DNA of 64,000 bases, taken from contig JAMJTW010000014.1 in the NCBI GenBank assembly GCA_024281175.1, forward strand, positions 131,675 to 195,674, in the 5' to 3' direction. Source of the DNA: Candidatus Thiovulum imperiosus (GTDB lineage Bacteria > Campylobacterota > Campylobacteria > Campylobacterales > Thiovulaceae). The translations under genes were made by a program, and so were the position numbers. Below the pieces are notes generated by a model. It ran no database searches, was not told the DNA's origin, and was given only the letters and a program-made list of their open reading frames with translations. Shown piece after piece: positions 46,630-57,724 of this stretch (the first letter of the stretch is position 1; every line of letters begins with the position of its first letter).

Positions 46630-46789
46630 GGTATATGTACCTAAGAAAAATTAATAGTGTTTTCAGTGCAAAACTTTAAGGAGAAAGCCAGAGGATACCT
46701 TACGGGACTCTATCTTGTTGCAAATTTGAAAACAGCTTCCTCAAAGAAGTAGGACTATCTTTTACAGGTACATAAAACCTGAATTAGAG

Positions 46790-47821
46790 TTATAGAGAAA
46801 TTGTAAAAAGATTGCACTCTTCTTCCATTCTAGAAGAAAGTTTTATATTTCCAGTTTCACCAAAAATCTCTCTTTTAAAACTATTTTGTATCTGTTCTCC
46901 TATCTTCTGGGCAAGTTTTGGAGGAACTGCATTTCCAACCATTTTATATCCATCATTTACATTTTTATAAAAGAATTTGAATTCATCAGGAAAAGTTTGA
47001 ACTCTTGCACATTCTCGAATAGAAAGCCGTCTAATTCCCTCCTCTTTTTCAAACTTCCATTTATCTTTTCCAATTTTTACCATTTTTGGAGAATCTGGGT
47101 GAATTGGGGCTTGTCTTCCACTTGCTTGAATTGTAAAACTCGGTTCATCAAAATTTCGAATACGATTTCGAGACATAAAAATAGAAGAGAAACCACTTTC
47201 CAAATATTCATGATTCCAGTGATGAGGTTTCTCTTTTTGAAAAGGTTTAGCAGTTTCCAAATTTAGAACATCTCTCAAATTTCTTTTTTGAGAACTCTTT
47301 TCTGGAAAACGGAAATCGAGATTCAAATCCTCTCGGAATCCAACTATAAAAACTCTTTCACGAGTTTGAGGAACTTCAAAATCATAGGAATTTAAAACAG
47401 AGTAGAAATTTTTGTATCCAGCTTCAGAAAAGAGAGAGAGTATATTTTGAAACTCCTCAATATGAGCTTTACTAACGATTCCCTTTACATTTTCAACTAC
47501 AAAAAATTTTGGTTTTGTCGCTTTTAAAATTCGGAGATATTCAAAAAATAGTTTCCCTCTCTCATCATTTGAGCCTCTCATTTTTCCTGCTAAGCTCCAA
47601 CTTTGGCATGGGGGACCTCCAATAATTCCATCTATATCTTTTGGAATTTCAGAAATTTGGAGTTTTCTAATGTCTTTTCGATTTAAAATCCCATCATGAT
47701 TTTCTTCATAAGTTTCCCAAATAGTTTTATCAAACTCATTTGCCCAAATAACATCAAAACCAGCCCATGTGAAACCTAAATCTAAACCTCCAGCTCCAGC
47801 AAAAAGTGATATTACTCTCAC
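46790..47821 (-). CDS. DNA (cytosine-5) methyltransferase, M.HaeIII-like (predicted GGCC specificity)
   Basis: Motifs I (ISLFAGAGGLDLG), IV (GGPPCQSWS), VI (ENVKG), VIII (QTRERVFIVGF) and X (GNAVPP). The variable region NHEY..GFSSIFMSRNRIRNFDEPSFTIQASGRQAPIHP closely parallels M.HaeIII as I remember it. Confidence 0.9.
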   Translation of the reverse strand: MRVISLFAGAGGLDLGFTWAGFDVIWANEFDKTIWETYEENHDGILNRKDIRKLQISEIPKDIDGIIGGPPCQSWSLAGKMRGSNDERGKLFFEYLRILKATKPKFFVVENVKGIVSKAHIEEFQNILSLFSEAGYKNFYSVLNSYDFEVPQTRERVFIVGFREDLNLDFRFPEKSSQKRNLRDVLNLETAKPFQKEKPHHWNHEYLESGFSSIFMSRNRIRNFDEPSFTIQASGRQAPIHPDSPKMVKIGKDKWKFEKEEGIRRLSIRECARVQTFPDEFKFFYKNVNDGYKMVGNAVPPKLAQKIGEQIQNSFKREIFGETGNIKLSSRMEEECNLFTISL

Positions 47822-48582
47822 TTGAAAACCTTTACAAGATAGGCATCCAAAAGTTCTGCTGGGTTATTTGGATTTCTTACTTTTACCTCATCAGCTTCTA
47901 TTTCACTCTCAAAATTCTCTTTAGAAATTAGAGCATAGAGAACAGAGCCACTTTTCGGTTTTTCAATTTCCAAATATGAGAATATATCAAAAGGGTTTTC
48001 AATTCCCCACATTCCTCGAATACGAAGATATGTAATTCCGAGTGGGTCAATTTTGTTTAATCTTCCAAGCTCTTTTGTGTTTGAAGCTGAACCTAAAGTT
48101 TCTCGAACTCTATTTTTAAGGTTTTCATAGATTTTACTATCTGCTGAATATAGAGAACCATCAACTATAAAAAGGGACTCAATTCTGTTTTTATCCATTT
48201 TCCCAATGAAGTAGTAGAGGTTCTTTGTCCAATTTCCTCCATCAATCTCTCTACAACTTTTTGTTAGCATTTGGTCTGATGAAGTAATTCTATTTTTTGG
48301 AAAAGAGCTATTTAAAGCTACTTGAGAATAGCTATTCATCTTTTTTACTTCAATAGCATCACCATTTCTTAAAATCAAATCTGGTGGATTGTTACTATTT
48401 CCAAGCCAAGAAAAAATTTGTGATTCTAGTTCTAAATCATTTTGAAAATTTAGAAAAGAGTTTTTTACAAACTCTTCTAAAGAATCTCCAACTCTATTGA
48501 TTCTATTTTCACTTTTAAAGTTTTCTTTTATATTCCAACTTTCTAAATTTGAAATATTGTGAATTGCTTCAGTTATATTCAT
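47818..48582 (-). CDS. Type II restriction endonuclease, partner of the C5 methyltransferase (PD-(D/E)XK)
   Basis: 4-nt overlap with the methyltransferase gene. NPPDLILRNGDAIEVKK gives PD...ExK. About 254 aa. Confidence 0.6.
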   Translation of the reverse strand: MNITEAIHNISNLESWNIKENFKSENRINRVGDSLEEFVKNSFLNFQNDLELESQIFSWLGNSNNPPDLILRNGDAIEVKKMNSYSQVALNSSFPKNRITSSDQMLTKSCREIDGGNWTKNLYYFIGKMDKNRIESLFIVDGSLYSADSKIYENLKNRVRETLGSASNTKELGRLNKIDPLGITYLRIRGMWGIENPFDIFSYLEIEKPKSGSVLYALISKENFESEIEADEVKVRNPNNPAELLDAYLVKVFK

Positions 48583-48639
48583 TTTAAGTCCTTGTGGAAA
48601 AGGAATTGTAGTAGTTTTGAGAGAAAAGTAGGGAGTTCC

Positions 48640-48858
48640 CTACTTGTATCGGTAAGTAATTCGTCCCTTATCAAGACTATAAGGTGTAAGTTCCACTTTT
48701 ACAGTATCTCCCGGAAGAATTCGAATATAGTTCATTCTCATCTTTCCAGCAATATGACAGAGAATTACATGTCCATTTTGCAGTTCTACTCTGAAAGTTG
48801 CATTTGGAAGTGCTTCAACAACTTTTCCATCAACTTCAATTACATCAGATTTAGCCAT
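48640..48858 (-). CDS. infA: Translation initiation factor IF-1
   Basis: [30 protein letters not shown]. Confidence 0.95.
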   Translation of the reverse strand: MAKSDVIEVDGKVVEALPNATFRVELQNGHVILCHIAGKMRMNYIRILPGDTVKVELTPYSLDKGRITYRYK

Positions 48859-48869
48859 TTGTCTCCTTT

Positions 48870-49625
48870 TTAAATTTTTGAAAGAATTTCAGCTTTGCCA
48901 TTTATCATAGCTACGGTGTGTTCGTGGTGGCTTCCCCGTTCTCCATCATTTGAGACGACTGACCACTTATCTTCTAATAGGCTATACTCCATATCTTGAC
49001 GACAAACCATCGGCTCAATACAGAAAACCATTCCATTTTTGATTTTTGGTCCACTTTTTGGAGAACCTGTAAGAAAGTTTGGAATATCTGGTTCTTCATG
49101 AGGTTTTCGACCGATACCATGTCCGCAGAAGTTAGAGAGAGGAACAAAACCACGAGACCTTATAAACTTCTCGATTTCATAAGAGAGTTCTTTAAATCTC
49201 ATTCCAACTTTTAGAATTGAAATTGCAAATTCCAAAGTATCTTCAGAACATTTCATAAGTTCTCTATCCTCTTCAGAAACTTCTCCAATTCCAACTGTGA
49301 TTGCAGAGTCTCCAAACCAACCATCAATTTCTACTCCAACATCAAAGCCAACAATATCACCATCTTGTAACTTATACTCTGTTGGAATTCCGTGAATTAC
49401 AACTTCATTAACAGATGTGCAAACAGTAGATGGAAAATCATAAAGACCTTTGAAAGAGGGGCGACCGCCTTTAGAACGGATATAGTTTTCTGCGAGAGTG
49501 TCTAATTCGAGGAGCGAAACTCCAGCTTTACTCTCCTTTCGGAGAAGTTGTAGAGTTTCAGCAACAATTCTATTCGCTTTTCGAAGAGCCTCGACTTCAC
49601 GAGGCTTTCTAATAGGAATAGCCAT
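48870..49625 (-). CDS. map: Methionine aminopeptidase type I
   Basis: 251 aa. FCGHGIG, HHEHT metal ligand motifs. Confidence 0.9.
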   Translation of the reverse strand: MAIPIRKPREVEALRKANRIVAETLQLLRKESKAGVSLLELDTLAENYIRSKGGRPSFKGLYDFPSTVCTSVNEVVIHGIPTEYKLQDGDIVGFDVGVEIDGWFGDSAITVGIGEVSEEDRELMKCSEDTLEFAISILKVGMRFKELSYEIEKFIRSRGFVPLSNFCGHGIGRKPHEEPDIPNFLTGSPKSGPKIKNGMVFCIEPMVCRQDMEYSLLEDKWSVVSNDGERGSHHEHTVAMINGKAEILSKI

Positions 49626-49628
49626 TAG

Positions 49629-50891
49629 TTAGAGTCCAACCGCACTGATTGTTTCATATCTGCTCATGTAAATCTGAGCTTCAATTTTTCTCATTGTGTC
49701 AAGAGCGACTTGAACTACAATTAGAACTGCTGTTCCTCCAAAGAAGAATGGAACTCCAATTCCTTTTACAAGAAGCCAAGGTAGAGTTGCTACAAGACCA
49801 AGATAGATAGCACCTGTTACAGTAAGTCTACTTGCCACTTCATTTAAGAAATCTTTTGTATGTTCACCTGGTCTAATCCCTGGAATAAAACCGCCTTGTC
49901 TTTTCAAGTTGTCGGAAATATCTTTCGAGTTGAAAGTAATTGAGGCATAGAAGAATGCAAAGAATACAACAAATAGGAAAGTTAAGAAGTGGTAAAGATA
50001 CCCATTTGGTGAAAGCAAGTCAGCTATACTTGTAACGATTGGATTTGTAGATGCTTGAAGTAGAGTTAGAGGGAACATCAAAATAGCTGAAGCAAAGATA
50101 ACAGGAATAACCCCACTTAAATTTACTTTAACAGGAATGTAGTTCATAATTCTCTTATTCTGATTTTGCATTAAAATCTTTTTAGCATAAGTAACAGGAA
50201 CTCTTCTCTCTCCAAGTTCAACATAGATGATAACTCCAACTGTAATTAGAATTACAATTAGAACCGCTAAAACAGTAAAGAAGCTCATATGTCCATTTGT
50301 AACTAAAGTAACGGTTTCACCAATAGCACTTGGAATTGCCGAAACGATACCAGCAAAGATGATAAGTGAAATTCCATTTCCAATACCTCTTTGAGTAATT
50401 CTCTCTCCAATCCACATAAGCAACATTGTTCCTGTAAGCATTGATGCAACTGTTATTAGAATGAAAGTATCCATATCAATCATAATTGCACTTTTCCCTC
50501 CAGGACCACTAAGACTCTGAAGACCCATCGCAACACCAACAGCTTGAACAATTGTAATACCAACAGTAGCGTATCTAATGATTTGCATATATTTAGTCAT
50601 ACCATCTCGCTCTTTTTTCATCTGACCCAAACTTGGGAAAGTTGCAGCAAGAAGTTCCATGATAATAGATGCAGTGATGTAAGGCATAATACCAAGAGAG
50701 ATGATGGAGAGTCGTTCTACTGCATTACCAGAGAACATATTGAAGAGACCAAGAGCATTTGCAGAGTTTTCGTCAAAGAAAGATTTTACGACATCAATGT
50801 CGACTCCAGGAACTGGCACATAAGCCAGTAACCTGTAAAGGAGAAGAAATCCTAATGTGATAAGGATTTTATTTACAAGATTTTTATTCAT
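49629..50891 (-). CDS. secY: Preprotein translocase subunit SecY
   Basis: 420 aa, about 10 TM segments. Located between rplO and map. Confidence 0.95.
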   Translation of the reverse strand: MNKNLVNKILITLGFLLLYRLLAYVPVPGVDIDVVKSFFDENSANALGLFNMFSGNAVERLSIISLGIMPYITASIIMELLAATFPSLGQMKKERDGMTKYMQIIRYATVGITIVQAVGVAMGLQSLSGPGGKSAIMIDMDTFILITVASMLTGTMLLMWIGERITQRGIGNGISLIIFAGIVSAIPSAIGETVTLVTNGHMSFFTVLAVLIVILITVGVIIYVELGERRVPVTYAKKILMQNQNKRIMNYIPVKVNLSGVIPVIFASAILMFPLTLLQASTNPIVTSIADLLSPNGYLYHFLTFLFVVFFAFFYASITFNSKDISDNLKRQGGFIPGIRPGEHTKDFLNEVASRLTVTGAIYLGLVATLPWLLVKGIGVPFFFGGTAVLIVVQVALDTMRKIEAQIYMSRYETISAVGL

Positions 50892-51292
50892 TACTTCTTG
50901 TTAGTGTAAGTAACTTTTTCGTCTTTGATTTTCTCTGCTAAATCTTTGGCACTTTTACCAATAAGTTTTACAGATTTTACACTTTTTCCAATTCGGTATA
51001 CAGATTTGATACTTTCTACCGTGATTTCTTCGAGAGTAGCAATTTTCTCATACTTATCAACATTGATAGCGTAAGGTTTTACAACTCTCGATTTGAAACC
51101 AACTTTTGGAAGTCGTCTAGCTAGAGGTTGCTGACCACCCTCGAAGCCTCGTTTAACTTTGTAACCAGTTCGTGATTTCTGCCCTTTGTTCCCTCGAGTG
51201 GCAGTTTTTCCCATACCACTACCTTGACCCCGTCCAACAATTTTTCTGGAGTGAGTAGAACCTTCAGCAGGTTTTAAATTGTGTAGAGCCAA
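50891..51292 (-). CDS. rplO: 50S ribosomal protein L15
   Basis: LKPAEGS...[22 protein letters not shown]. Confidence 0.95.
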   Translation of the reverse strand: MALHNLKPAEGSTHSRKIVGRGQGSGMGKTATRGNKGQKSRTGYKVKRGFEGGQQPLARRLPKVGFKSRVVKPYAINVDKYEKIATLEEITVESIKSVYRIGKSVKSVKLIGKSAKDLAEKIKDEKVTYTNKK

Positions 51293-51295
51293 TTC

Positions 51296-51745
51296 TTATC
51301 CTTTAAGTCTGCCGAGTGCCTCGATTGTTGCTCGAACCACAGTAGCAGGGTTGTTTGAACCAAGAGATTTTGTCAGAATATCTTTTACTCCAGCAAGTTC
51401 AAGAACAGGTCTCATAGCACCCCCAGAGATAACTCCTGTCCCCTCACTAGCAGGTTTTAAAAGAACTCTACTAGCATTATATTTATGCTCAATATCGTGA
51501 GCAATAGTAGAACCTTTGATTTTCACTTCAACAACATTTTTGAAAGCGTTATCAACAGCTTTTCGGATAGCTTCAGGAACTTCCTTCGCTTTTCCAAAAC
51601 CAAAGCCTACATGACCGTTTTTATCGCCGATAACAACAAGGGCAGTAAATCTAAATCTTCTACCACCCTTTACAACTTTTGTTACTCGACCAATATTAAC
51701 GATAGACTCTTCAAACTCTTCTCGATTTATATTTTTAAATTCCAT
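51296..51745 (-). CDS. rpsE: 30S ribosomal protein S5
   Basis: [33 protein letters not shown]. Confidence 0.95.
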   Translation of the reverse strand: MEFKNINREEFEESIVNIGRVTKVVKGGRRFRFTALVVIGDKNGHVGFGFGKAKEVPEAIRKAVDNAFKNVVEVKIKGSTIAHDIEHKYNASRVLLKPASEGTGVISGGAMRPVLELAGVKDILTKSLGSNNPATVVRATIEALGRLKG

Positions 51746-51753
51746 TAACTATC

Positions 51754-52110
51754 CTAAAACTCTATTCCGCTATCTCGAAGAGCATCAGCAAATGAGGCTA
51801 CAACACCGTGAAACTGGTATCCATTTCTATCAAAGACAACTTTTGTGATACCTTTCTCTTTCAACTCTGCTCCAAAAGCCTCACCAAGTTTTTTTGCACT
51901 CTCTCTATTCGATTTGAGTCCAAGTTTCTTGCCGTGAAGACCAAGTAGAGTGTGTCCAGCTAAATCATCAATAGCTTGAACAGAAAGGAAAGCGTTTGAA
52001 CGGAAGATAGATACTCTTGGAAGTTCAGGAGTTCCGCTGATTTTAGCTCGTATTCTCTTCTTTCTTTTAGCTCTTAGAAGTTTTTTTCTTTCCAAAACTT
52101 TACTATTCAT
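51754..52110 (-). CDS. rplR: 50S ribosomal protein L18
   Basis: PRVSIFRSNAFLSVQAIDD...FDRNGYQFHGVV. Confidence 0.95.
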   Translation of the reverse strand: MNSKVLERKKLLRAKRKKRIRAKISGTPELPRVSIFRSNAFLSVQAIDDLAGHTLLGLHGKKLGLKSNRESAKKLGEAFGAELKEKGITKVVFDRNGYQFHGVVASFADALRDSGIEF

Positions 52111-52119
52111 AAACTACCC

Positions 52120-52656
52120 CTACTTCTTAGCTGTTTTACCAGCTTTTCTGATAATTCTCTCATCAGCATACTTAACACCTTTTCCTTTATATGGCTCAGG
52201 TGGTCTGAATGAACGAATATCAGCAGAAACTTGTCCAACTTGTTGTTTATTAGCACCCTTTACAGAAATCGTGTTTTTATCAACAGCTATCTGAATTCCA
52301 GCAGGAACAGGGAAAACAATTGGGTGAGAGTGTCCAAGTTGCATCTCAAGGTTTTTACCTTTTATAGCAGCTCTATATCCAACACCATTGATTTCAAGTC
52401 TCTTCTCATAACCTTTTGTTACACCAACAACGATATTTTCAGCTAGAGAGCGATAAGTTCCCCAGTAAGCTCGATGTTGTCTCTCTTCAGAAAGAGGAGA
52501 GAAGATGAGGTTTCCATCTGAGAGTTCCACTTTTACATTTCCATGAGTGTCGAGAACTTCAGAAAGTTTTCCTTTAGAGAATGTAACCTCATCACCAGAG
52601 ATTTCAACTTTCAAGTCGCTTGGAATAGCTACTGGTCTTTTACCAATTCTTGACAT
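52120..52656 (-). CDS. rplF: 50S ribosomal protein L6
   Basis: [13 protein letters not shown]...[11 protein letters not shown]. Confidence 0.95.
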   Translation of the reverse strand: MSRIGKRPVAIPSDLKVEISGDEVTFSKGKLSEVLDTHGNVKVELSDGNLIFSPLSEERQHRAYWGTYRSLAENIVVGVTKGYEKRLEINGVGYRAAIKGKNLEMQLGHSHPIVFPVPAGIQIAVDKNTISVKGANKQQVGQVSADIRSFRPPEPYKGKGVKYADERIIRKAGKTAKK

Positions 52657-52665
52657 CTCTATCTC

Positions 52666-53061
52666 CTACCAAATTGTGCAGAGGACTTCGCCTCCAACAC
52701 CAAGTTCATGAGCTTTATCGTTGTCAATAACACCTTTAGAAGTAGAAACGATAATAGTTCCATAACCGTTTTTAAATCTCTTGATGTCGCCACTCTTTTT
52801 ATAAACTCGTCTTCCTGGTTTTGAGACTCTCTTGATTTCGTTGATTACAGTGAAGCCTTTGTCATCATATTTCAAGATAACATTTACAAACTTCTTATTT
52901 CCCTCTTCAACTACTGAATAACTCTCAACATAACCTTTCTCTTGAAGAATTTTTACAATCGCCTCAACAGAGTTGGAGAAGAGAAGTCTTGCTGACTCCA
53001 TTCTTCTCATTGAAGCATTTCTAATTCTTGCTAGAGAGTCGGAAATTACATCATTTACCAT
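52666..53061 (-). CDS. rpsH: 30S ribosomal protein S8
   Basis: [13 protein letters not shown]...GGEVLCTIW. Confidence 0.95.
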   Translation of the reverse strand: MVNDVISDSLARIRNASMRRMESARLLFSNSVEAIVKILQEKGYVESYSVVEEGNKKFVNVILKYDDKGFTVINEIKRVSKPGRRVYKKSGDIKRFKNGYGTIIVSTSKGVIDNDKAHELGVGGEVLCTIW

Positions 53062-53070
53062 TCCTACCCT

Positions 53071-53256
53071 TTACCAACTCGATTTTCTAACACCAGGAAT
53101 AAGTCCCTCGTTAGCCATTTTTCGGAAACATACTCGGCAGATACCAAAGTCTCTCATTACAGAGTGAGGTCTACCGCAAATTTTACATCTTGTGTAAGCT
53201 CGGCTAGAAAATTTAGGTTTTCTGTTAGCCTTTGCAATCATCGATTTCTTAGCCAT
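53071..53256 (-). CDS. rpsN: 30S ribosomal protein S14, type Z (zinc-binding)
   Basis: 61 aa. [10 protein letters not shown]...CRVCFR. Confidence 0.95.
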   Translation of the reverse strand: MAKKSMIAKANRKPKFSSRAYTRCKICGRPHSVMRDFGICRVCFRKMANEGLIPGVRKSSW

Positions 53257-53806
53257 TATTTCTTGCCTTTACAAACGGAAGTCCTATCTTTGTAAGAAGA
53301 GCTAAAGCCTCTTTATCATTCTCAGTAGTTGTAACAACTGTAATGTTCATTCCGTGAATTTGCATGATGTCATCATATTTAATTTCAGGGAAAATAAGTT
53401 GCTCTGTTAAACCAAAGTTATAGTTTCCTCGACCATCAAATCCGTTTCTTGGAATTCCTCGGAAGTCCTTAACTCTTGGTAGAGAGATGTTGATAAGTTT
53501 ATCTAGGAAGTGATACATATTCTCACCTCGAAGTGTAACTTTAACTCCCGTAGCCATTCCCTCTCGAACTTTAAATCCAGCAACTGATTTCTTTGCCGTT
53601 ACAGCAACAGCTTTCTGTCCAGCAATTGTTGAAACTGTCTCCACAATAGAGTCAAGAAGTTTCTTATCTTTCATTGCAAAACCAGTTCCAACAGAAATTA
53701 CAACTTTCTCAACCGCAGGAATGTTCATCACATTTGCAATTTCTAGCTCTTTCTGAAGCTCCGCTTTGATTTCACTATTGTATCGCTCTTTTAGTCTTGA
53801 AGCCAT
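53249..53806 (-). CDS. rplE: 50S ribosomal protein L5
   Basis: Position in the spc operon. RLKERY...PRVKDFRG. Confidence 0.95.
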   Translation of the reverse strand: MASRLKERYNSEIKAELQKELEIANVMNIPAVEKVVISVGTGFAMKDKKLLDSIVETVSTIAGQKAVAVTAKKSVAGFKVREGMATGVKVTLRGENMYHFLDKLINISLPRVKDFRGIPRNGFDGRGNYNFGLTEQLIFPEIKYDDIMQIHGMNITVVTTTENDKEALALLTKIGLPFVKARNNG

Positions 53807-53809
53807 CTA

Positions 53810-54043
53810 CTACTCCTCAACTTTTTTAACATTTGAAATATCGATAGGCATCTCTTTCATGTCGAAACCGCCCTCTTTATTCTCATCTGTTGGTTTAATA
53901 GCTTTTTTTACTACTTTTACACCTTCAACGATAAGTTTTCGAGTTTTAGGCATAGCTTTAATCACTACTCCCTCTTTACCCTTATCATCTCCAGCAATTA
54001 CGAGGACCTTATCCCCTTTTTTAATTTTTAATTTATTCTTCAT
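53810..54043 (-). CDS. rplX: 50S ribosomal protein L24
   Basis: [22 protein letters not shown]. Confidence 0.95.
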   Translation of the reverse strand: MKNKLKIKKGDKVLVIAGDDKGKEGVVIKAMPKTRKLIVEGVKVVKKAIKPTDENKEGGFDMKEMPIDISNVKKVEE

Positions 54044-54411
54044 TACAACACCTCTGGAGCAAGAGAGACTATTTTCATAAAGTTAGCGTATCGAACTTCT
54101 CTACCAACAGGTCCAAAAATACGAGTTCCAATAGGCTCATCCTTACCATCTAAGATAACTCCAGCGTTATCATCAAATCGGATAAGAGAGCCATTTTCTC
54201 GTTGAACCTCTTTGTGAGTTCGGACAACTACCGCTTTTACAACTTGCCCTTTTTTAACTTTTCCATTTGGTATCGCTTTCTTAACAGAAGCTACAATTAC
54301 ATCTCCAAGAGAAGCATATCTTCGCTTACTACCGCCAAGAACTTTGATACACATTATCTCTTTAGCACCGCTGTTATCAGCAACATTCAATCTTGTAAAT
54401 GCTTGAACCAT
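54043..54411 (-). CDS. rplN: 50S ribosomal protein L14
   Basis: [28 protein letters not shown]. Confidence 0.95.
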   Translation of the reverse strand: MVQAFTRLNVADNSGAKEIMCIKVLGGSKRRYASLGDVIVASVKKAIPNGKVKKGQVVKAVVVRTHKEVQRENGSLIRFDDNAGVILDGKDEPIGTRIFGPVGREVRYANFMKIVSLAPEVL

Positions 54412-54413
54412 CT

Positions 54414-54674
54414 CTATTCACCCTTGCTAATAACTTCTTTGAGTTGGAAGCTCTTTCTCTTTGAGTATGGAGCACACTCTTCAGCAGAAACAAAATCACC
54501 GATATTTAAGATATTCTCTTCATCGTGAATGATATATTTCTTGAACTTCTTAACGATTTTGTGGTATCTTTTGTGAAGAACTGTTCTCTCTACTGAAATA
54601 GTAGCACTCTTATCTCCAGCTTTAGAAACCACATTTCCCTGTATCACTCTACGGTGAGGAACTTTTTCTTCCAC
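54414..54674 (-). CDS. rpsQ: 30S ribosomal protein S17
   Basis: [31 protein letters not shown]. Confidence 0.95.
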   Translation of the reverse strand: MEEKVPHRRVIQGNVVSKAGDKSATISVERTVLHKRYHKIVKKFKKYIIHDEENILNIGDFVSAEECAPYSKRKSFQLKEVISKGE

Positions 54675-54862
54675 TAGGCTTCCTTTTTAGTAATTGCTGT
54701 GCTGATACGAGCTATATCTTTTCGAGTAACTCTAATTTCAGCCGTATTTTGAAGTTGAGACATCTGCTTTTTTACTCGCAGTTGGAAAAGCTCTAACTTC
54801 TTCTCATCGAGAAGTGTATTGAGTTCCTCAAGAGATTTATCTTGTAAATCAGTATATCTCAT
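54674..54862 (-). CDS. rpmC: 50S ribosomal protein L29
   Basis: 62 aa. EL...[11 protein letters not shown]. Confidence 0.9.
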   Translation of the reverse strand: MRYTDLQDKSLEELNTLLDEKKLELFQLRVKKQMSQLQNTAEIRVTRKDIARISTAITKKEA

Positions 54863-55274
54863 GACTCATCTCCTTTGTAACGATTTTTGTTTTGAAAGCT
54901 AGTTTGCTCATTCCAAGAGCAAGAGCCTCTCGAGCAGTAGTCTCATCAATTCCAGCCATCTCGAAAATTACTCGTCCAGGTTTAATGTTCATAACCCATT
55001 TGTCAATCGCACCCTTACCTTTACCCATTCTTGTTTCGAGTGGTTTAGCTGTTAGTGGCTTATCTGGGAATACTCTAATCCAAACTTTCGCTTGTCTCTT
55101 AACATGTCGAGTCATTGCAACCCTTGCTGCCTCGATTTGTCTTGAGTCAATTCTTCCAGCCTCAACTGCTTTGAAACCTATTGTTCCGAAGTGGAGCTTA
55201 TTTCCTCTAAAAGCCTTACCTCGATTCCGTCCCTTCATATACTTTCGGAACTTCATTCTTTTAGGCATTAACAT
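54849..55274 (-). CDS. rplP: 50S ribosomal protein L16
   Basis: [19 protein letters not shown]. Confidence 0.95.
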   Translation of the reverse strand: MLMPKRMKFRKYMKGRNRGKAFRGNKLHFGTIGFKAVEAGRIDSRQIEAARVAMTRHVKRQAKVWIRVFPDKPLTAKPLETRMGKGKGAIDKWVMNIKPGRVIFEMAGIDETTAREALALGMSKLAFKTKIVTKEMSHEIY

Positions 55275-55988
55275 CTAGTCTCTCCTCTCTCTTCTTCTCG
55301 AAGGTCTTCGACCCTTCTTCTTCTTATCAGAAGTATCTACCTCATCAGATTGGATACCTTTTGTAAGAACCTCACCTTTGAAGAACCAAACTTTCACACC
55401 GATGATTCCATAAGTTGTGTTCGCTTCAGCAAAACCGTAATCGATTTTTGCTCTCAAAGTATGTAACGGAACTCTACCTTCAATATACCATTCCGTTCGA
55501 GCCATCTCAGCACCACCCAGTCTTCCAGCAACAGAAACCTTAACACCTTTAACACCAGCTTTTTGAGCATTCTGAATCATCTTCTTCATTGCTCTACGGA
55601 AAGCCACCCGTCTCTCAAGTTGAGTTGCAACATTCTCCGCAGCCAGTTGTGCTGACGCTTGAGACCGCTTCTCTTCCTTGATATTTACAGCTACCTCTCT
55701 CTTGATAAACTTCTGAAGAGAAACTTTTAATTTCTCAATATCAGCCCCTTTTTTACCAATAATGATTCCAGGTCTCGCTGCAACAAGTGTTACTCGGAGT
55801 TTTTTAGCAGTTCTTTCAATAATGATATTGGAAATTCCTGCATAATAGAGTTGTTTCTTAAGAAACTTTCTAATTCTATGGTCTTCAGCCACAAATTCAG
55901 AAGCCTTTTTTCTTGTTGGAAACCATCGAGAATCCCAGTTTCTGTTGATTCCTAATCGGAGTCCAATTGGATTAACTTTTTGACCCAT
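55275..55988 (-). CDS. rpsC: 30S ribosomal protein S3
   Basis: [18 protein letters not shown]. Confidence 0.95.
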   Translation of the reverse strand: MGQKVNPIGLRLGINRNWDSRWFPTRKKASEFVAEDHRIRKFLKKQLYYAGISNIIIERTAKKLRVTLVAARPGIIIGKKGADIEKLKVSLQKFIKREVAVNIKEEKRSQASAQLAAENVATQLERRVAFRRAMKKMIQNAQKAGVKGVKVSVAGRLGGAEMARTEWYIEGRVPLHTLRAKIDYGFAEANTTYGIIGVKVWFFKGEVLTKGIQSDEVDTSDKKKKGRRPSRRRERRD

Positions 55989-55991
55989 ATA

Positions 55992-56315
55992 CTATTCTCC
56001 CGCCTCTATAACTTCTACAAATATGTGAGATGTTGGTTTTCGGATACCCGATGCACTACCTCTAGCTCTTGGTTTGAATCTTTTAAGTTCAGGACCTTTA
56101 TCAACTCTACAAGAGTGCACAATGAGGTCTTCAGCCTCAATATCACTATTTGCAACAGCAGAAGCAATTACTTTAGAGATAACACCAGCAGCTTTGTTAG
56201 GAGTGAATTGTAGAGATGCGAGAGCATGTTCTGCATTCATTCCTTGAACTTCTTTAGCGATAAGTCTAGCTTTGATTGGAGACAGTCTTACAAATTTTAA
56301 TGTTGCTGTTGCCAT
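55992..56315 (-). CDS. rplV: 50S ribosomal protein L22
   Basis: Position, plus [17 protein letters not shown]. Confidence 0.95.
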   Translation of the reverse strand: MATATLKFVRLSPIKARLIAKEVQGMNAEHALASLQFTPNKAAGVISKVIASAVANSDIEAEDLIVHSCRVDKGPELKRFKPRARGSASGIRKPTSHIFVEVIEAGE

Positions 56316-56597
56316 CTACTTACCTATCTTCTTTTGAACGGAACCTTTATGTCCCTTGAAAGTTCGAGATGGAGCAAATTCGCCAAGTTTATATCCAACA
56401 TGGTTTTCTGTAATATAAACAGGAATAAATTTTCTACCATCATGAACATTTAGAGTTAAACCTATCATATCTGGAACGATAGTGCTTCTTCGACTCCAAG
56501 TTTTGATTGGCTTTTTGTTTTTCTCCTCTTTAGCTTTCACAACTTTCTTAAGGAGATGTCCATCTATAAAAGGACCTTTTTTAACTGAACGAGCCAT
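56316..56597 (-). CDS. rpsS: 30S ribosomal protein S19
   Basis: [12 protein letters not shown]...GHKLGEF-like [15 protein letters not shown]. Confidence 0.95.
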   Translation of the reverse strand: MARSVKKGPFIDGHLLKKVVKAKEEKNKKPIKTWSRRSTIVPDMIGLTLNVHDGRKFIPVYITENHVGYKLGEFAPSRTFKGHKGSVQKKIGK

Positions 56598-57436
56598 TAG
56601 TTACCTTTTTTCGATTTTCTTCTTGAGATGATGAGTTTATCACTAGCTTTCTTTCGTCTAGTTTTTCCACCTTTAGTTGGGAAGCCCCATGGAGTAACAG
56701 GATTTCTACCAGAGTTAGTTTTACCTTCACCTCCCCCGTGTGGGTGGTCAATCGGGTTCATCGCAGAACCTCTTGTTTGTGGTCTAATACCTCTGTGTCT
56801 GTTTGTTCCAGCTTTTCCAATTACAATGTTTGAATACTCTTCATTTCCAACAGTTCCGATAGTTGCAAAACACTCACCAAGAACTTTTCTCATCTCACCA
56901 CTTGGAAGTCGGAGAATTACATACTTCTCTTCTCTACCCATGATTTGAGCTGAACCACCTGCACTTCGCACCATCTGACCACCTTTTCCAGGCTTCAATT
57001 CGATGTTATGAACAAGTGTCCCCACTGGAATACTCTTCATTTTCATAGCATTTCCAGGTTTAATATCAAGTCCCTCAACAGCACTCGATACCTCATCACC
57101 AACAGAAAGACCACTTGGCTGTAAGATATATCTCTTCTCACCATCAGAGTAATTTACAAGAGCAATTCGACAGTTTCTGTATGGGTCATACTCGATAGTT
57201 GCAACTTTTCCAACTACATCTAACTTATTTCTTTTGAAATCAATAATTCGATATAGCTTTTTAGCTCCAGCCTCTTTATGTCGAGAAGTAATTCGCCCTC
57301 TATTGTTTCTTCCAGCTTTTGCAGGAATTCTCTTTAAAAGACTTCTAACCGTAGGTTTGCTTGTAATATCATTACTACTAATGTTTGTGATATATCTTCT
57401 ACTTGGAGTAGTCGGTTTGTAAGTTTTTATTGCCAT
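56597..57436 (-). CDS. rplB: 50S ribosomal protein L2
   Basis: [14 protein letters not shown]...[12 protein letters not shown]...[13 protein letters not shown]. Very close to Campylobacter L2 as recalled. Confidence 0.95.
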   Translation of the reverse strand: MAIKTYKPTTPSRRYITNISSNDITSKPTVRSLLKRIPAKAGRNNRGRITSRHKEAGAKKLYRIIDFKRNKLDVVGKVATIEYDPYRNCRIALVNYSDGEKRYILQPSGLSVGDEVSSAVEGLDIKPGNAMKMKSIPVGTLVHNIELKPGKGGQMVRSAGGSAQIMGREEKYVILRLPSGEMRKVLGECFATIGTVGNEEYSNIVIGKAGTNRHRGIRPQTRGSAMNPIDHPHGGGEGKTNSGRNPVTPWGFPTKGGKTRRKKASDKLIISRRKSKKGN

Positions 57437-57437
57437 A

Positions 57438-57722
57438 CTATACCTCTAAACCTTTTATTGTTGTTCCTTCAGGAACCCAAACATAGAACTTTTTAAAGTC
57501 TGGTTGTTTTCCCTCTCGACCTCTAAACTTCTTTACTTTACCACCCTGATTTAGAGAATTAACTCTAACAGGTGTAACATCAAAGTATTTTTTGAAAACC
57601 TCTTTAAGAGAGTTTTTTGTAACTCTTTTAGATGTCTTTACTGTATAAACACCATGCTCTTGAAGAGAAAATGTCTTATCTGTATAGATGATAGCTTTAA
57701 TATCTGTAATATCTGCTGCCAT
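57438..57722 (-). CDS. rplW: 50S ribosomal protein L23
   Basis: Start moved to [16 protein letters not shown] (57722), which abuts the rplD stop. The track ORF begins 30 nt upstream. Confidence 0.9.
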   Translation of the reverse strand: MAADITDIKAIIYTDKTFSLQEHGVYTVKTSKRVTKNSLKEVFKKYFDVTPVRVNSLNQGGKVKKFRGREGKQPDFKKFYVWVPEGTTIKGLEV

Positions 57723-57724
57723 TC

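Noticed and set aside
46681-46700. The GGAGAAAGCCAGAGGA segment of the 46634-46774 hairpin as SRP (4.5S) RNA domain IV
   Set aside because: The similarity to the conserved GGAAGCAGCC region is only superficial. The flanking helices and the tetraloop context do not match.
51292-51296. The missing rpmD (L30) between rpsE and rplO as a deletion or assembly gap
   Set aside because: Only 3 nt separate rpsE and rplO. As far as I recall, L30 is also absent in Campylobacter and Helicobacter, so this is a lineage trait rather than an anomaly.
51279-57422. Antisense or off-frame ORFs within the ribosomal protein operon (51279-51500, 51485-51748, 52231-52446, 52973-53167, 53766-54080, 54202-54528, 54892-55278, 55980-56213, 56628-56948, 57234-57422, 58025-58246, 58440-58652)
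   Set aside because: All overlap well-supported ribosomal protein genes, and none has recognisable motifs.
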